Of a stretch of DNA of 64,000 nt, positions 1 to 17,574 are shown one piece after another (the first letter of the stretch is position 1; each line of letters opens with the position of its first letter). Source of the DNA: Eledone cirrhosa (Eukaryota); NCBI GenBank assembly GCA_964016885.1, contig CAXHJY010000353.1:62001-126000 (forward strand), read 5' to 3'. The notes below the pieces were generated by a model. That model saw nothing but the letters and a program-made list of their open reading frames with translations, was not told the origin of the DNA and did not search any database. The translations under genes were made by a program, and so were the position numbers.

Positions 1-1160
1 TCCTCACCATCAACATCATCATTATCATCACCATCACCATCCTCAGCAACCATCATCATCAGCATCAACATTTTCCCTATAATAGTCATCACCATCCTCA
101 CCATCAACATCATCATTATCATCACCATCACCATCCTCAGCAACCACCATCATCACCATCAACATTTTCCCTATAATAGTCATCATCACCATCCTCACCA
201 TCAACATCATCATTATCATCACCATCACCATCCTCAGCAACCATCATCATCACCATCAACATTTTCCCTATAATAGTCATCACCATCCTCACCATCAACA
301 TCGTCATTATCATCACCATCCCCATCCTCAGCAACCACCATCATCACCATCAACATTTTCCCTATAATAGTCATCACCATCCTCACCATCAACATCATCA
401 TTATCATCACCATCACCATCCTCAGCAACCATCATCATCACCATCAACATTTTCGCTATAATAGTCATCACCATCCTCACCATCAACATCATCATTATCA
501 TCACCATCACCATCCTCAGCAACCATCATCATCACCATCAACATTTTCCCTATAATAGTCATCACCATCCTCACCATCAACATCATCATTATCATTACCA
601 TCACCATCCTCAGCAACCACCATCATCACCATCAACATTTTCCCTATAATAGTCATCATCACCATCCTCACCATCAACATCATCATTATCATCACCATCA
701 CCATCCTCAGCAACCACCATCATCACCATCAACATTTTCCCTATAATAGTCATCATCACCATCCTCACCATCAACATCATCATTATCATCACCATCACCA
801 TCCTCAGCAACCACCATCATCACCATCAACATTTTCCCTATAATAGTCATCACCATGGTCACCATCAACATCATCATTATCATCACCATCACCATCCTCA
901 GCAACCACCATCATCACCATCAACATTTTCCCTATAATAGTCATCATCACCATCCTCACCATCAACACCATCATTATCATCACCATCACCATCCTCAGCA
1001 ACCATCATCATCAGCACCATCAACATTTTCCCTATAATAGTCATCACCATCCTCACCATCAACATCATCATTATCATCACCATCACCATCCTCAGCAACC
1101 ACCATCAGCACCATCAACATTTTCCCTATAATCGTCATCACCATCCCCACCATCCCCACC
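1..1160. repeat. Tandem minisatellite, 94-97 bp unit built from CAT/CAC triplets, ~12 copies (runs off the window start)
   Basis: Anchor AACATTTTCCCTATAATAGTCATC recurs every 94-97 bp. The 64-66 aa minus-strand ORFs are translations of this repeat. Confidence 0.95.
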
Positions 1161-1627
1161 ACCACCACCACCACCACCACCACCATCGTCCTATGGTAAT
1201 AACTACAAGTAGCAACAGCAGCAGTAGTAGTTGCAGAAGTAATGACACTAATATCAGCACCATTTTTTTCCGGTCAGCCACTACTGCCGTTTCAGCAAAA
1301 AAAAAAAAAAATTACAAAACAAAAGGACTTAGTATGGCTGGCATCTATAATTACTACCATACCCTTTTCTTCCCTCTATCATGGAACATTTGGTTCCTCT
1401 GTTGTTCGATGTCTAACCCTATTGGTAGTGAATCCTAAGAGGCAGTTTAATAACTAGCACACTTCACTATAACACAGCTACACATCCGTCTCAATCCCTA
1501 TCAAAACAAAACAGGTTCCTTTCCATCGCTTTTATATGCCTATTTAGTGTGGGTTGCTGGCACACTTCATTCTCCATTAACACGCATATTTCATGTGTGC
1601 ACGTACACACAAAGGCACACATACAGG

Positions 1628-5830
<4,203 letters not shown>

Positions 5831-6108
5831 AAAATGGCGGAAACTACAACAAGAGCAACAACAAATATAAAAAAGAAACAAAACATGTGGAGGAAATATC
5901 TCCTGAAACCGGTAGTAAGCCACTTTTACAGTGAGGCGTTTGAGTAATTGATAACGATTCAGATTATTAGAGATTTAATGACTAGGCAAATGAGAGATAA
6001 GGGACTTCGTTTGCCTCCATACAATACAACACAGATTGAAGTCAGCATTGATTATCGCTGTGTAGCTGACTGGTCATTTACACATGATATATCAATAGAA
6101 TAGTCACC

Positions 6109-6232
<124 letters not shown>

Positions 6233-6263
6233 CGTGCGTGCATGTTTATGACCCTCTCAAAGT

Positions 6264-6303
<40 letters not shown>

Positions 6304-6554
6304 GTGTGTTAGTATGTATTTATGTATGCTTATATATAAATATATATGTGTGTGGAGAGAGAGAGAGAGAGACGAAGAGATAGAGATAGAGAGAGACGAA
6401 GAGAGAGATTGATAGATAGCTATGACTACATACTTACATATGTGCACACATACAAAATCATAAATATATATATATATATAAATATATATATATATACATA
6501 CACGCACACACACATATATATATATATATATGTATATACATATATATATATATA

Positions 6555-6745
6555 GGGCGGGTAAAATTCCCGAGATCCATGGACGAGTTCTCTCCAACGG
6601 TCTTTGTCCTTTATCAACACCGCCATGTCCTGCGTCTCCCTGAGACCAGTGTCTACCCTTAGGGCATCAATATATGTCAACCTCGGTCTCCCTTTTCTAG
6701 TGTGTGCGTGTAGGGGCTCCCACAGAACTACTGAGTGTAGTGTCA
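6555..6745 (-). mobile_element. RTE-clade LINE, 3' end fragment
   Basis: Translation VVLWEPLHAHTRKGRPRLTYIDALRVDTG...DKDRWRELV matches the RTE ORF C-terminus (W.P....R..GRP..T...D). It runs into a (TA)n tail. Confidence 0.8.
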
Positions 6746-6749
6746 ACTA

Positions 6750-7163
6750 TGAATCTCGGCTTAAGGAATCACCAAGAAGTTAGTGGACCTGATATCACTG
6801 CTCTACACCAACACCAGAGCCCAAGTCATTACACCCGACGGAATGACAGAGTTTTATCAGATACTAGCTGGTGTGTTCCAGTGAGATACCTTTTTATCAT
6901 CGCAGTGGACTATTGTATGCGCCTTGTAGTGGAGAAACGCCTGAACTCGGGCTTTACTGAAGCACTGGATCAGAGTAAGAGAGTTAAGGATAAACAAATA
7001 TCAGATGCTGAATTTGTTGACAAGACAGTTCTGGTGACAAACACAGTGAAGAAGGCAGAGGAGTTGATACAGGAGGTGGAGACTGTGTCGATGAGTGTCG
7101 GGCTGAAAATGAAGGAGAGTAAGACGAAGTATCTGGTAGAGAACATAAAGAAACCAAAGAAGA
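6750..7163 (+). mobile_element. RTE-clade LINE, decayed RT fragment inverted relative to the adjacent 3' end
   Basis: Frame-hopping translation A*GITKKLVDLISLLYTNTRAQVITPDGMTEFYQILAGVFQ*DT / YLFIIAVDYCMR...ISDAEFVDK..GLKMKESKTKY shows degenerate QGD and xADD motifs. Confidence 0.85.
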
Positions 7164-7242
<79 letters not shown>

Positions 7243-7500
7243 TTATACATATACAGAGAATGAGAAAGACTGAGTGAGAGTTTAACAAGTAATTCGATCT
7301 GAGATAGTACGCAGTTGTTTCATAGTAAATATATTATGGTCATTAAAAAAAAAACAAGACCAAACACCTTCAGGTATATATTCACCTTTAACTAATTATT
7401 TTTTATATCAAAATATGTAGGTTGTTATGTATAGTGTAACTGTGACCTGGTTAGAGGTGGGTGACACAATACTTTAACATCCAATATATACACAATTATG

Positions 7501-7688
7501 GTTGATAGGCAGTAGCGGTAGAGGGTTGGACGCCATGCTTTCTAGCATAGAGTTACGTCCCTTTATGATCTGAGTTCAAATCCCGCCGAGGTTAACTTTG
7601 CCTTTCATCCTTACGGGGTCGAATAAATAAAGTACCAGTAATGTACTGGGTAATTGCTGGCCTTGTGCCTAAAGTAGAAACAATTATT
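7501..7688 (+). mobile_element. tRNA-derived SINE, family A (Meta-domain-like core GCCTTTCATCCTTACGGGGTCGATAAAATAAAGTACC)
   Basis: A-box-like GGCAGTAGCGG, B-box GAGTTCAAATCC, conserved core and AAT-rich tail. About 20 homologues in the window. Confidence 0.9.
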
Positions 7689-8150
7689 AAAAGAAAAATA
7701 ATATTATAGGAAATACAATTATAACAATATATATGAGACTTTAACAACTTAAATTACATATCCAGGAGGAAACACTGACACAGATACACACATTATATAT
7801 ATATATATATGTTTATATATATACATACATATATATATATATATACTGTATATATATATACATACATATATATATATATAACTGCTCTGTAGAACAACTG
7901 ATGTTATTACATTGAGCTATTTATCTTACTGGTAATAAGGTAGTAATAAATTACTGACCTTCACTGTTTAGGGTTTAAAATATACATAACTATAAAAAGT
8001 TTTAATATATACATAACCATAAATAGTATTTCTAATATTAATATTATATATATATATATAGTTATATATACATATATTATAAAGAGTCAGGACTCCGACG
8101 GCTGAGCTCTTGCCGTTTCAACAGCTAGTTCCAGACTGTCTCTTTATAAT

Positions 8151-8330
8151 TGTTTCTACATTTGGCACAAGGCCAGCAATTACCCAATGTATTACTGGTA
8201 CTTTATTTTATCGACCCCGTAAGGATGAAAGGCAAAGTCAACCTCGGCGGGATTTGAACTCAGATCGTTAAGGGACGTAACTATGCTGGAAAGCATGGCG
8301 TCCGACCCTCTACCGATACTGCCAAATCCA
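8151..8330 (-). mobile_element. SINE family A with 14-bp TSD
   Basis: TSD TGTCTCTTTATAAT at 8137-8150 and 8331-8344. Confidence 0.92.
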
Positions 8331-8816
8331 TGTCTCTTTATAATATAATATAATCATACTCTACAACCCCAAGCATCTGTTGAATAATGGTTTAACCAAT
8401 TTTAAACTGAACCCATCCTGATGATATATTTTACGTCTCTTTTTCGCCCCTCTCTCTCTACACACACGTATATAGATATAATTTTAAAGATTGCTTTAAT
8501 TATGAATGCGCGGGCTTTAGAATCACTGGTCTGCTACTTTGCAGTAATGATAAATAAATCACTTTACTAACACATTTATTTTCGGGGAATAATCTACTTT
8601 GGCGTACCGGGTGTAACCGCAACTCGAGAATACTTTCCCTTTTTATTGCAATTTTTTCTCATGTTTACAATCATTAACCACAAACTCGAATTACTGAAGA
8701 ACATACAAATCCGTTATGTCAATGATTATTACCGACACTAGTGCGATTATTGTGGGTAGATCGATCAATTCGTCTGATACCAGTGAGCTCTTCACTGTAA
8801 AAATACTTTGCAGATA

Positions 8817-9257
8817 ACAGTTTCTACTTTAGACACAAAGCCAGTAATTTTAGGGGAAGGGAAGTCAATTAAATCGAGCACATTTGCGTTACTGGTACTT
8901 TATTTTATCATCCCTGTAAGGATGAAAGGCAAAGTCAACCTCGGTGGGATTTGAACTCAGATCGTAAAAAACAGTTATTATGTGCCGCAAAGCATGTTAG
9001 ACGACGCTCTACCAATCCTGCCAATTTACCACCATAAACATTAGGAAAATAATTATTTCTATATTTGGCACAAGGCCAGCAATTAGAAAGGAAGAGAAAG
9101 TCGATTAAATCGATGCCAGTGTCTTACTGGTACTTTATTATAACGACCCCGCAAGGATGAAAGGCAAATCTAACCTCGGCGGGAATGCAAAGTGCTGTAA
9201 TTATGTGCTGCAAAGCATGTTGTCCGACACTCTACCAATACTGCTAACCCACCGCTC
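8817..9257 (-). mobile_element. Two tandem SINE family A copies (long subfamily)
   Basis: Two consecutive homologues at ~8817-9035 and ~9053-9257. Confidence 0.85.
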
Positions 9258-9349
9258 TAAACATTGAAAATAACAACACATCAAAATGACTGATTTGTTT
9301 CAAAGGATTCTTTAGATGCATGGCAGTCAAAAATGTCTTCATCTATTTT

Positions 9350-10025
9350 ACGACTACATAGCTGCTAGACGTAATTTAGTTTGTGGTGCCTGGCTCCATG
9401 CCCTACCCTCCTTCTCCACTGGCACGTAGCTAGACAATAATAGCATGCGCATCGGCGTTTCGTTGAGGCTCGGCCTCCGGATCTGTGAGCCATAACAATG
9501 TCGCTGCGGATCCACCGTGGACTCTTTCGGCCTCCACCCGCTTTCCTGTCCCCACAGTGCCGGCCGCCTTCCACGCCATGCTGCCCTCAACGAGGTCATA
9601 AAGCATGGCTTGGACGCTGCAGGCTCCCCTTCCCAGCTCGAGCCGATGGGGCTGGACCGAGGGGACGGCAAAAGGCCAGATGGCATGACCATCTTCCCGT
9701 TCCGCGGTGGCAAACCCCTCGTCTGAGATTCCACTTGCACCGACTCTTTCTGCAGCCGCAACCTGGTGCAGTCTGCGATTAACCCGGGTTCTGCTGCACG
9801 TTGGGCTGAGGAGGCTAAACTCCTCAAATACCGGTCACTCTCTGACAGGTTTGCGGTTGTACCCCTGGCAGTAGAGACTTCCGGCGTCCTCGGCCTTACC
9901 CACCACCATAGGCCCTGAGCTGACCAGCCGCAGGTGTGAGCCTTGTGAGTTGGAGTGGCTTCTCCAGCGCGTCTCCTTTGCCGTCCTCCGGGGAAACGCC
10001 TTCTCCATTCTGACCGCCGGGGCTG
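9350..10025 (+). mobile_element. CRE-clade (RLE) non-LTR retrotransposon 3' fragment, decayed
   Basis: GC-rich. Translates to GAWLHALPS...[19 protein letters not shown]...RHAALN...[22 protein letters not shown]...PLAVETSGVLG...WLLQRVSFAVLRGNA (zinc knuckle plus PD-D/ExK RLE). Ends at a (GT)n run. Confidence 0.85.
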
Positions 10026-10614
10026 TGCGTGTGTGTGTGGGGGGGGGGTCATCGCGTATCATTCCATATTTAATTATGGTCGGTATGTGTATGTTTATGT
10101 TTTGGATGTTGACGAAGACAGAATGTGAATTATTACTGTTGTTACTAGTTATGTTATCTGATGTTACTTTCATTTCCTTTTTGTACTCGATATAAACTCT
10201 CCATTCCCCTATGTTGCATTTCGTCCTTATACCGTTTGTGGTTATTACTACGTTCGTGGAGAGAAAACAATCACCAACGACTAGATGCTTGTGAAAAGGC
10301 ATCAATAATGGCATAGGAATACAATAATGTATTGATTGAGTAACACAATATCTCTGTAAACATGTTCAATATGGCTTTCTTTGTTTCCGATTTGATCCAT
10401 TATTCGATCAATAAATTATCCGAACAATATCCTCCCCGACCCTGTCCAGGTCTAAATACTTGTGTGTTAGGACAAGAATTATCACAGCGCTTCTCTTCTC
10501 TACCTACTACTTGCCTTACAGCATCTAGGCCTCGACAATCTAGACTTTTTATTCAAAAATTCTGTATCTAGGACAGAAATGTATTTCTACCCATATTATT
10601 TTATTCTTTCAGTT

Positions 10615-10805
10615 GGGCGGTGGGTTGGCAGTATCGGTAGAGGGTCGGATGCCATGCTTTGACGCATAGAGTTACAGCCCTTGCCATTCTAAGTTCAAAT
10701 CCCACCGAGGTTAACTTTGCCTTTCATCCTTACGGGGTCGATAAAATAAAGTACCAGTAATGCACTAGGATAATTGCTGGCCTTGTGCCAAAAGTAGAAA
10801 CAATT
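10615..10805 (+). mobile_element. SINE family A
   Basis: Full-length, from the GGCGGTGGGTTGGCAG start to the GTAGAAACAATT tail. Confidence 0.9.
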
Positions 10806-11024
10806 GTTTTATTTGTTCAGTTTTTCAAGTCAGTGGACAGTGGCCAGGCTGGGGCAGCATCTTGATTAATCGATCGTATTGACCCAGAGTACATATTTGA
10901 TTTCAAGTTTGGTATTTATTTGGTCGATCTTTTTTACGTCGTCGAAGCGGACATAATCATATATAGGTACAAACCTAAGCAGCCATATTGTTGTATACAT
11001 ACACAGAGACATACACACATGCAC

Positions 11025-11095
<71 letters not shown>

Positions 11096-11098
<3 letters not shown>

Positions 11099-11236
11099 GA
11101 CAGGCTTCTACAGTTTCCGTTAACCAAATTCCCGTTGCAAAGTGTTGTTGAACCGGAGGCAAGGTACACCGGAGCATGATTAAACCCTGAAATATTTCGT
11201 GACGTAACGAACTACTTAACCAATCAACCATGCCTG
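11096..11236 (-). mobile_element. Diverged octopod tRNA-derived SINE (second family)
   Basis: TACGACAGGCTTCTACAGTTTCCGTTAACCAAAT...CTTAACCAATCAACCATGCCTG resembles an abundant octopus SINE. Recognised from memory, not searched. Confidence 0.55.
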
Positions 11237-13658
11237 TGTCCCTTTATTATTTAGGGCAATAGGTCTGCTATTTAAGGGAGGTCATGCTACTATTTCTTGA
11301 TAAAACGTAGAACAAGCATTGCCAACCTTTCTCCGTCATAACACAGGTTGAATTACTAAAAACATTTCAACCGAATTTTGAAATTAGGTATGCCATTCAG
11401 AAAGTAAAACGGACCGCACTATGGCCATGACTGACTTAGAAGCTATTTTAAAAAACATATCTTTTGATGATCCTCACTACCAAGAATCATATGATTAGAT
11501 ATTTATTTATTTATTAATCTATCTCTACATTGTTTTCATTGAACATATATTTCTCCTTTATTATATATATATTTTTAGTTTCGTTTTGTTATGAAATATG
11601 TTTGTTGTGCAAAGGGCTATAGTTTTGTGTTTTTTCTTTTTTTTTTCTCTATAATTCCTTCTCGAACATTCCACAAAGAATCAGAATTTGTTATCTTAGT
11701 TATGAAAAAACCTTCATGTTGACAGTTAACACCTGAACCATTGATCAAATTGCATTTTGTACTATTTTTTCTCGTTTGTCTTTTGTTCACCTCGTTTCTT
11801 CTTCTGTCCTTGTCTCTCTATCTCTCTCTTTCTTCGCCATGTGTATGTGTATATGTATATGTACAGGTGTGTAATCGCTGTGTGCTTTCTGAAAGTATAC
11901 GAAGTACTGAGTGTGAAATTGTGTTTGCGAAACTATATGTCTGCGTGCGTTTATGTGTAAGTTTATGAATATAACAGCCACTATATATATATATGCATAC
12001 ATTCACACACATATATATACACACACACATATATATATGTGTATATATATATATATTTATGTGTGTGTGTGTGTGTTTTGTATGCGGGATTCTTCGTTTC
12101 ATTCACATAAGTGGATGTCAAGAAGAACTGCCAGAAAAGAAGAAAACAAAAGAACACAAACGAATAAAAAAAATTAAAAAAATGAGAGAAAAAGCAAAAA
12201 GAAAGGAAGAAGCCAAAATGATGACAGAAAATCAAGCAATGAAGCGACGAAACAAAACAAGCGAAATGAAAAATGAACAAGAAATACATGGTGAGTGAGT
12301 TTATCAACGTCGAAACACGAGTTAGTGCGGTATTGTCTCTCTTTACACCTCCAGAAATAAGCGATAAATAAATATATAACGGAATATAGAAACATGTAAA
12401 AATTTTAAAAACTAAATCAAAACTGAAGAAAAGAAATAAAACCATAAAATAAAAAAAAATAAGGGCTAAAAATAAAATATATATAATATGAAAATGAAAT
12501 AAAATAAAAATGAAATAATAAAAAGATGTATTTATCATAAGGACATTTACACTCTTTACAATTTGCTGCCAAAAGAGAAGATTTTTCAATAACTACAAAA
12601 GAAGTATAGTTTCGTTAAAATTAGACCTCCAAAGCAAAACTGAACAGTAATTGATGAAATATTTTCGAGATATTTATTGGTTGAATGTGTGCGTCAGGTG
12701 GTTAGTAAGAAAGACAAAGTTGCCGGAAGAAAATGACGTCTTTTATTTATTTATTTAATTATTTATTTCATTATAGAATTTTTGTTTCGTTTTTTTTTTG
12801 TTTTTGTTTTTGAAGGATACTAGAGACTAAGAGACACATGCCTTGCCACTTGAACTGCAATCCAACGTTACAGAGTCTTGTTTTAAACCAAGAAATCTAT
12901 GAAAGCCTTGCTTGCAGGGCTTTGCTTTTGTGATAAAACTTTTGAGCTTTTCCTTTGAATAATAAGATCAGTGACATTTATTAACAAAACACACACATAC
13001 ACACACACACACACACATACGCCCCCCCCCCACACACAACTAAACAAAAAATTACAATATACAATAACAAAAAGAAGCTATTTTTGAATATGGCAGCTTT
13101 GTATGATTTCCTTCAGTTGGCTTTTAATTCATTCTATATTTCATTGTGTATTTAATTCTTCTTCTTCTCCATCATCATCATCATCATCACTAACGACCTC
13201 GTCTTCGTTTTCTTCTCCTTCCTTCAAACTTCTACTCCTCCACCTTTGTTCATTTTACCTGGAGAGAAATGAATCTAGATACCTTACATTCTCCTTCTCT
13301 TCCTTCATATCTATCTCTCTCTCTCTCTCACACATACACACACTGCCCCCCCCCCTTTCTATCTCACACTCTCTTCCTGCCACCTCTCATCCTCAAGCTT
13401 CAACCCCCCCTCCTCTCTCTGTTCAGTTATGTCGAGGAGGTATTCAATCGGGTTGTGTCAACTGTCATATAACACAACATCTAGGATTAATATTCAAGAG
13501 AGTTCTACCTACTCTCACTACCAACATTTCCACGTTTCAATTCCTTACTTTATATATTTCACACATTGAAATATGCTGCAGGCTAAATAATGAATTCTTC
13601 AATATTTTTCCTTTCTTTTGTATTCTGCTTCCACTACTCGACAGCCACGTACATATAA

Positions 13659-13725
<67 letters not shown>

Positions 13726-13912
13726 CATACATACATATCTGTATATATAAAAAAAATAAAATAAGAATTTTTCGCTCTAGCACAGCTGATATATAAAAGT
13801 AAGTATGCATACGTACGTACACAGACAATATATATACATATATATATATTATATATATAAACACACATATATAAAAAATATACATATGTACGTGTGGGTT
13901 ATATCGAACATT

Positions 13913-14934
13913 AATAATTGTTTATACTTTTGGCACAAGGCCAGCAATTACCCAGTGCATTACTGGTACTTTATTTTATCGATCCCGTAAGGATGAAAGG
14001 CAAAGTTAACCTCGGCGGGATTTGAACTCAGACCATAAAGGTCCGTAACTCTTTGCTGCAAAGTATGGCGTCCGACCCATTGAAAATATATAGTATTTTC
14101 TTAAGTATACATCGGCTGAGTAGCCTCATTTACATAGTGAGCGAGATGCGGCTGGCTTTGAGTAATATTAAAAATGAAATAAAAATGTTATTTTTCGCTC
14201 TAGCATATGTATATTTATATACGAGTGTACGTATGTATACTTAGTTTTATGTATCAGCTGTAATAATTGTTTCTACTTTAGGCACAAGGCCAGCAATTAC
14301 CCAGTGCATTACTGGTACTTTATTTTATCGACCCCGTAAGGATGAAAGGCAAAGTCAACCTCGGCGGGATTTGAACTCAGATCGTAAAGGGACGTAACTA
14401 TGCTGGAAAGCATGGCGTCCGACCCTCTACCGATACCGCTAATCCATAATGAATACAAAGACCAAATTTGGGCAGCAATATGGTTGAAGTCTTCAAACAA
14501 AAGAGAAAAGAGTTAATAATTGTTTCTACTTTTGGTACACGGCCAGCAATTATCTCAGTGCATTACTGGTACTTTATTTTATCGACCCCATAAGGATGAA
14601 AGGCAAAGTTAACCTCGGCGGGATTTGAACTCAGACCGTAAAGGGACGTAACTGTAGGCTGCAAAGCATGGCGTCCGACCCTCTACCGCCACTGCTACTC
14701 CACAAGACAAAAGAGTTAATAATGGTTTCTTATATAGGCACAAGGCCAGTAATTTGGGGGGAGGAGAAAGTCAATTAAATCTACCCCAGTGCGTGACTGG
14801 TACTTTATTTTATCGACCTCATAAGGATGAAAGGCAAAGTTAACCTCGGCGGGATTTGAACTCAGACTGTAAAGGGACGTAACTGTAGGCTGCAAAGCAT
14901 GGCGTCCGACCCTCTACCGCCATTGCTACTCCAC
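13913..14934 (-). mobile_element. Cluster of four SINE family A copies
   Basis: Copies at ~13913-14080, 14262-14446, 14515-14703 and 14717-14934. Confidence 0.9.
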
Positions 14935-15919
14935 AAGTCAAAAGAGTTAAGAATGCTGACACACTGACACAGAAACACTCAAACAAATATATATCGTCTA
15001 TGTCCCTCTATTGCAATCAACATCTATCAAATTCATATCACAGTGTCAAAATTCTTTTTAGTTCTAACTGATATATAAAAAGTGACAGATCCCAATGCCA
15101 TATGATACACTAGAATTGTTTTCCATATGCTGACGCGTATGAGTATATGTGTGTATATGTGTATGTGCAAATGCATATATTTATGTATGAGTATCTAAAT
15201 ATAAACGTGTAAACACAGACACACTTACAAAAATACACACTCAGAGACATACATTCACACAAATACACATACATATTTTCAACACCTCCTTGCTTCTTTT
15301 TACACCCACATACATTCACGCAGGCAGCAGACGTAAAGAGAGAAGAGTCGTATGAGGTAGTCAAACTACTCCCCTCTCTTTACGTGTTGTAACAGAATCG
15401 CAGAAATTTATATATAGATATATTCAAAATAGGAAGAATACAGGAGAAAGATAATGAAAATAAAAAAAACCTAAGAAAAAACAACGGGAAGCAGGGAAGT
15501 CTCATCTCTTCAGTCAACCTCTAAAAACCACTAAGGTCAATACCATTTTAAGGTCAATACCATTCACACCAGTGCACATAGGGACAAAAAAAAATAAAAC
15601 AGGCAAATCACATAAATATAGAGTGCATAAGCGCCCAGCCAAAGGAGACGAATAAAGAAGGGAGTTAAATAGTAAAACAGAAGAGAGTAAGGACTGTTTT
15701 CGAACGTGCAGACAAAGAAGGGCATTGAGGCATAGAAAAAGTATGAAGGGCAAATAGGAGGAAAACAGTCTGTGTGGTGTGATGTCTATTATATGATAGT
15801 TTACAAAAAAGTCCGCATGGCTAAGTTTTTAGAATATATATATATATGCTGGTCCTTTAACCTTGTTCTAGTGACGCAGCTTGATGGAGCTTGCAACTAT
15901 TGATATACTCTTGTTTATA

Positions 15920-15966
15920 AGCTCTGATGATTCCTGCCATAGGGTATGGGTGAAACACTGTTAGCT
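15920..15966 (+). ncRNA. Minimal type-I hammerhead ribozyme motif in a (TA)n-flanked ~165 bp element (15848-16012)
   Basis: AGCT-CTGATGA-[TTCCTGCC ATAG GGTATGGGT]-GAAA-CACTG-TT-AGCT, followed by AATAAA. Weak GUU cleavage triplet. Confidence 0.6.
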
Positions 15967-16199
15967 AATAAAACAATGTATTTCTAAGCACTCTTTGGTT
16001 ATTCCTATAATTATATATATATATATATGAAACACAAATTTAAATTTTGGGAGCCAAAGCAATGCGTTAGGGAGAACGTTAGATCGCCAAGATAAAATAA
16101 TCTTACCTTAGCAATTTTAACGATCGTTACATTTGTTTACTATTCAACAGTGAGTCAAGCAAGTTACACAATTTATGTGTATATATATATATATATATA

Positions 16200-16965
16200 A
16201 AAAGATGAATATAAAATGAAAGTGCTTTTATAAAGGAATTTATTAGGTATTGGCATATGTTTCTGTAACAGACGGAATACCTATGTATCGCTGCTTGCGT
16301 AATCATATAATATTAGCACGTAATCGATAGCAAATGTATAATCAGGCAAGCAGAAGTGGCTTTCAAGTTAAGCAAAATCCTATATTTTTCTGTGGTACAC
16401 AAAGAACAATTCTTTGTGCCCCTTTGGTACTCCCTCGAATGGTCTAAAATAGAACAATGGATAGAGTACGGGATGTTTTTATCCTTGAATTCCCACACCT
16501 TACTTGCAAGGGCCGTTGTTGTTCGTTTATCGAAGTGCTTAAAAAAAGCGACATGTGCATAAAACCTGGTTTTAAACCTGTCCAAAGGGGCGCAAAGAAT
16601 TGTTCTTTGTGTACCACAGAAAAATATAGGATTTTGCTAAACTTGAAAGCCACTTCTGCTTGTCTGAACTCAAAGACCGAGATCTTCAGATGTTGTCCTC
16701 ATCTGAAATCACATCTGATCTGTAATTGGAGTGACATTCCTATCATAACTCAACCACCTTGAACTCCTTTCCTGCTCTTTACTTCTACTAGGCTTTTTTT
16801 ACCTGCTGAATCCACGTTCTGTACTCTTGTATTCTCTTTCTCCCTTATCTCCCCTTATATTTAAACCTTTTCCTATGTCATTTCCCCCCCTCTTTTTCCC
16901 CCCTATTTTTTTGCCTTACCCTTCACATACCAAACATTTTTTTAATTTTTAGATATTAATTTTTT
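16200..16965. mobile_element. Penelope-like element remnant: GIY-YIG endonuclease C-terminus in two inverted pieces
   Basis: Minus 16342-16581 FKTRFYAH...TTTALASKVWEFKD...SILDHSREYQRGTKNCSLCTTEKYRIL. Plus 16582-16762 repeats QRGAKNCSLCTTEK and continues to CLNSKTEIFRCCPH. Flanked by (TA)n. Confidence 0.8.
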
Positions 16966-17042
16966 ATATAATGGTTTTATGTGTTTTTATATAATAGCCT
17001 CAGAAAAGGCTTGAGCTCTGCCGTAGGGTCAGACTTTTTCCT

Positions 17043-17096
<54 letters not shown>

Positions 17097-17381
17097 CGTA
17101 ATTGTATGTGCGTTTGTATTTCTGTGGTTGGGTTTATTTTGTGTGTGTGTGTATATGTATATATATTTATGTGTGTGTGTGTATATGTATATATGTATAA
17201 GGGTGTATGTATGTGCATCATTACATATAGTGATTTGATGATTATTTTCATTGATCTTTTGCTCCAGGAACTTGTTGAGTGCTCTAGGTCTGCTATGGGC
17301 ATGTACACCCTTTTCTAAATATATATTTATTTTATAATAATTATGTTTTCTCATATATATATATATATATTGAGTTATATA

Positions 17382-17418
<37 letters not shown>

Positions 17419-17509
17419 GTGTGTGTACGTATGCATACGTATGTGTATGTGTATATGTGTGTGTAGGTATATATGTGTATGTTAGTATGTATGTATGTGT
17501 ATGTATGTG

Positions 17510-17574
<65 letters not shown>

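Noticed and set aside
43-1186. Series of 64-66 aa ORFs, regularly spaced like a CRISPR array
   Set aside because: It is a triplet-derived minisatellite with near-identical units and no unique spacers, in a eukaryotic context.
5831-5945. AAAATGGCGG as a YY1 site or start codon
   Set aside because: The ORF is very short and sits next to a GA repeat, with no corroborating evidence.
7501-7590. tRNA-like A and B boxes
   Set aside because: These are SINE heads with no complete cloverleaf, so no tRNA genes are called.
8695-8735. CTGAAGA followed by an ACATA/TATGT stem
   Set aside because: No GAAA after the stem, so not a hammerhead.
11993-12298. Lys/Glu-rich ORF ending at a donor-like site
   Set aside because: A-rich low complexity with no acceptor. 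Splicing to the nearest acceptor-like site gives an immediate stop.
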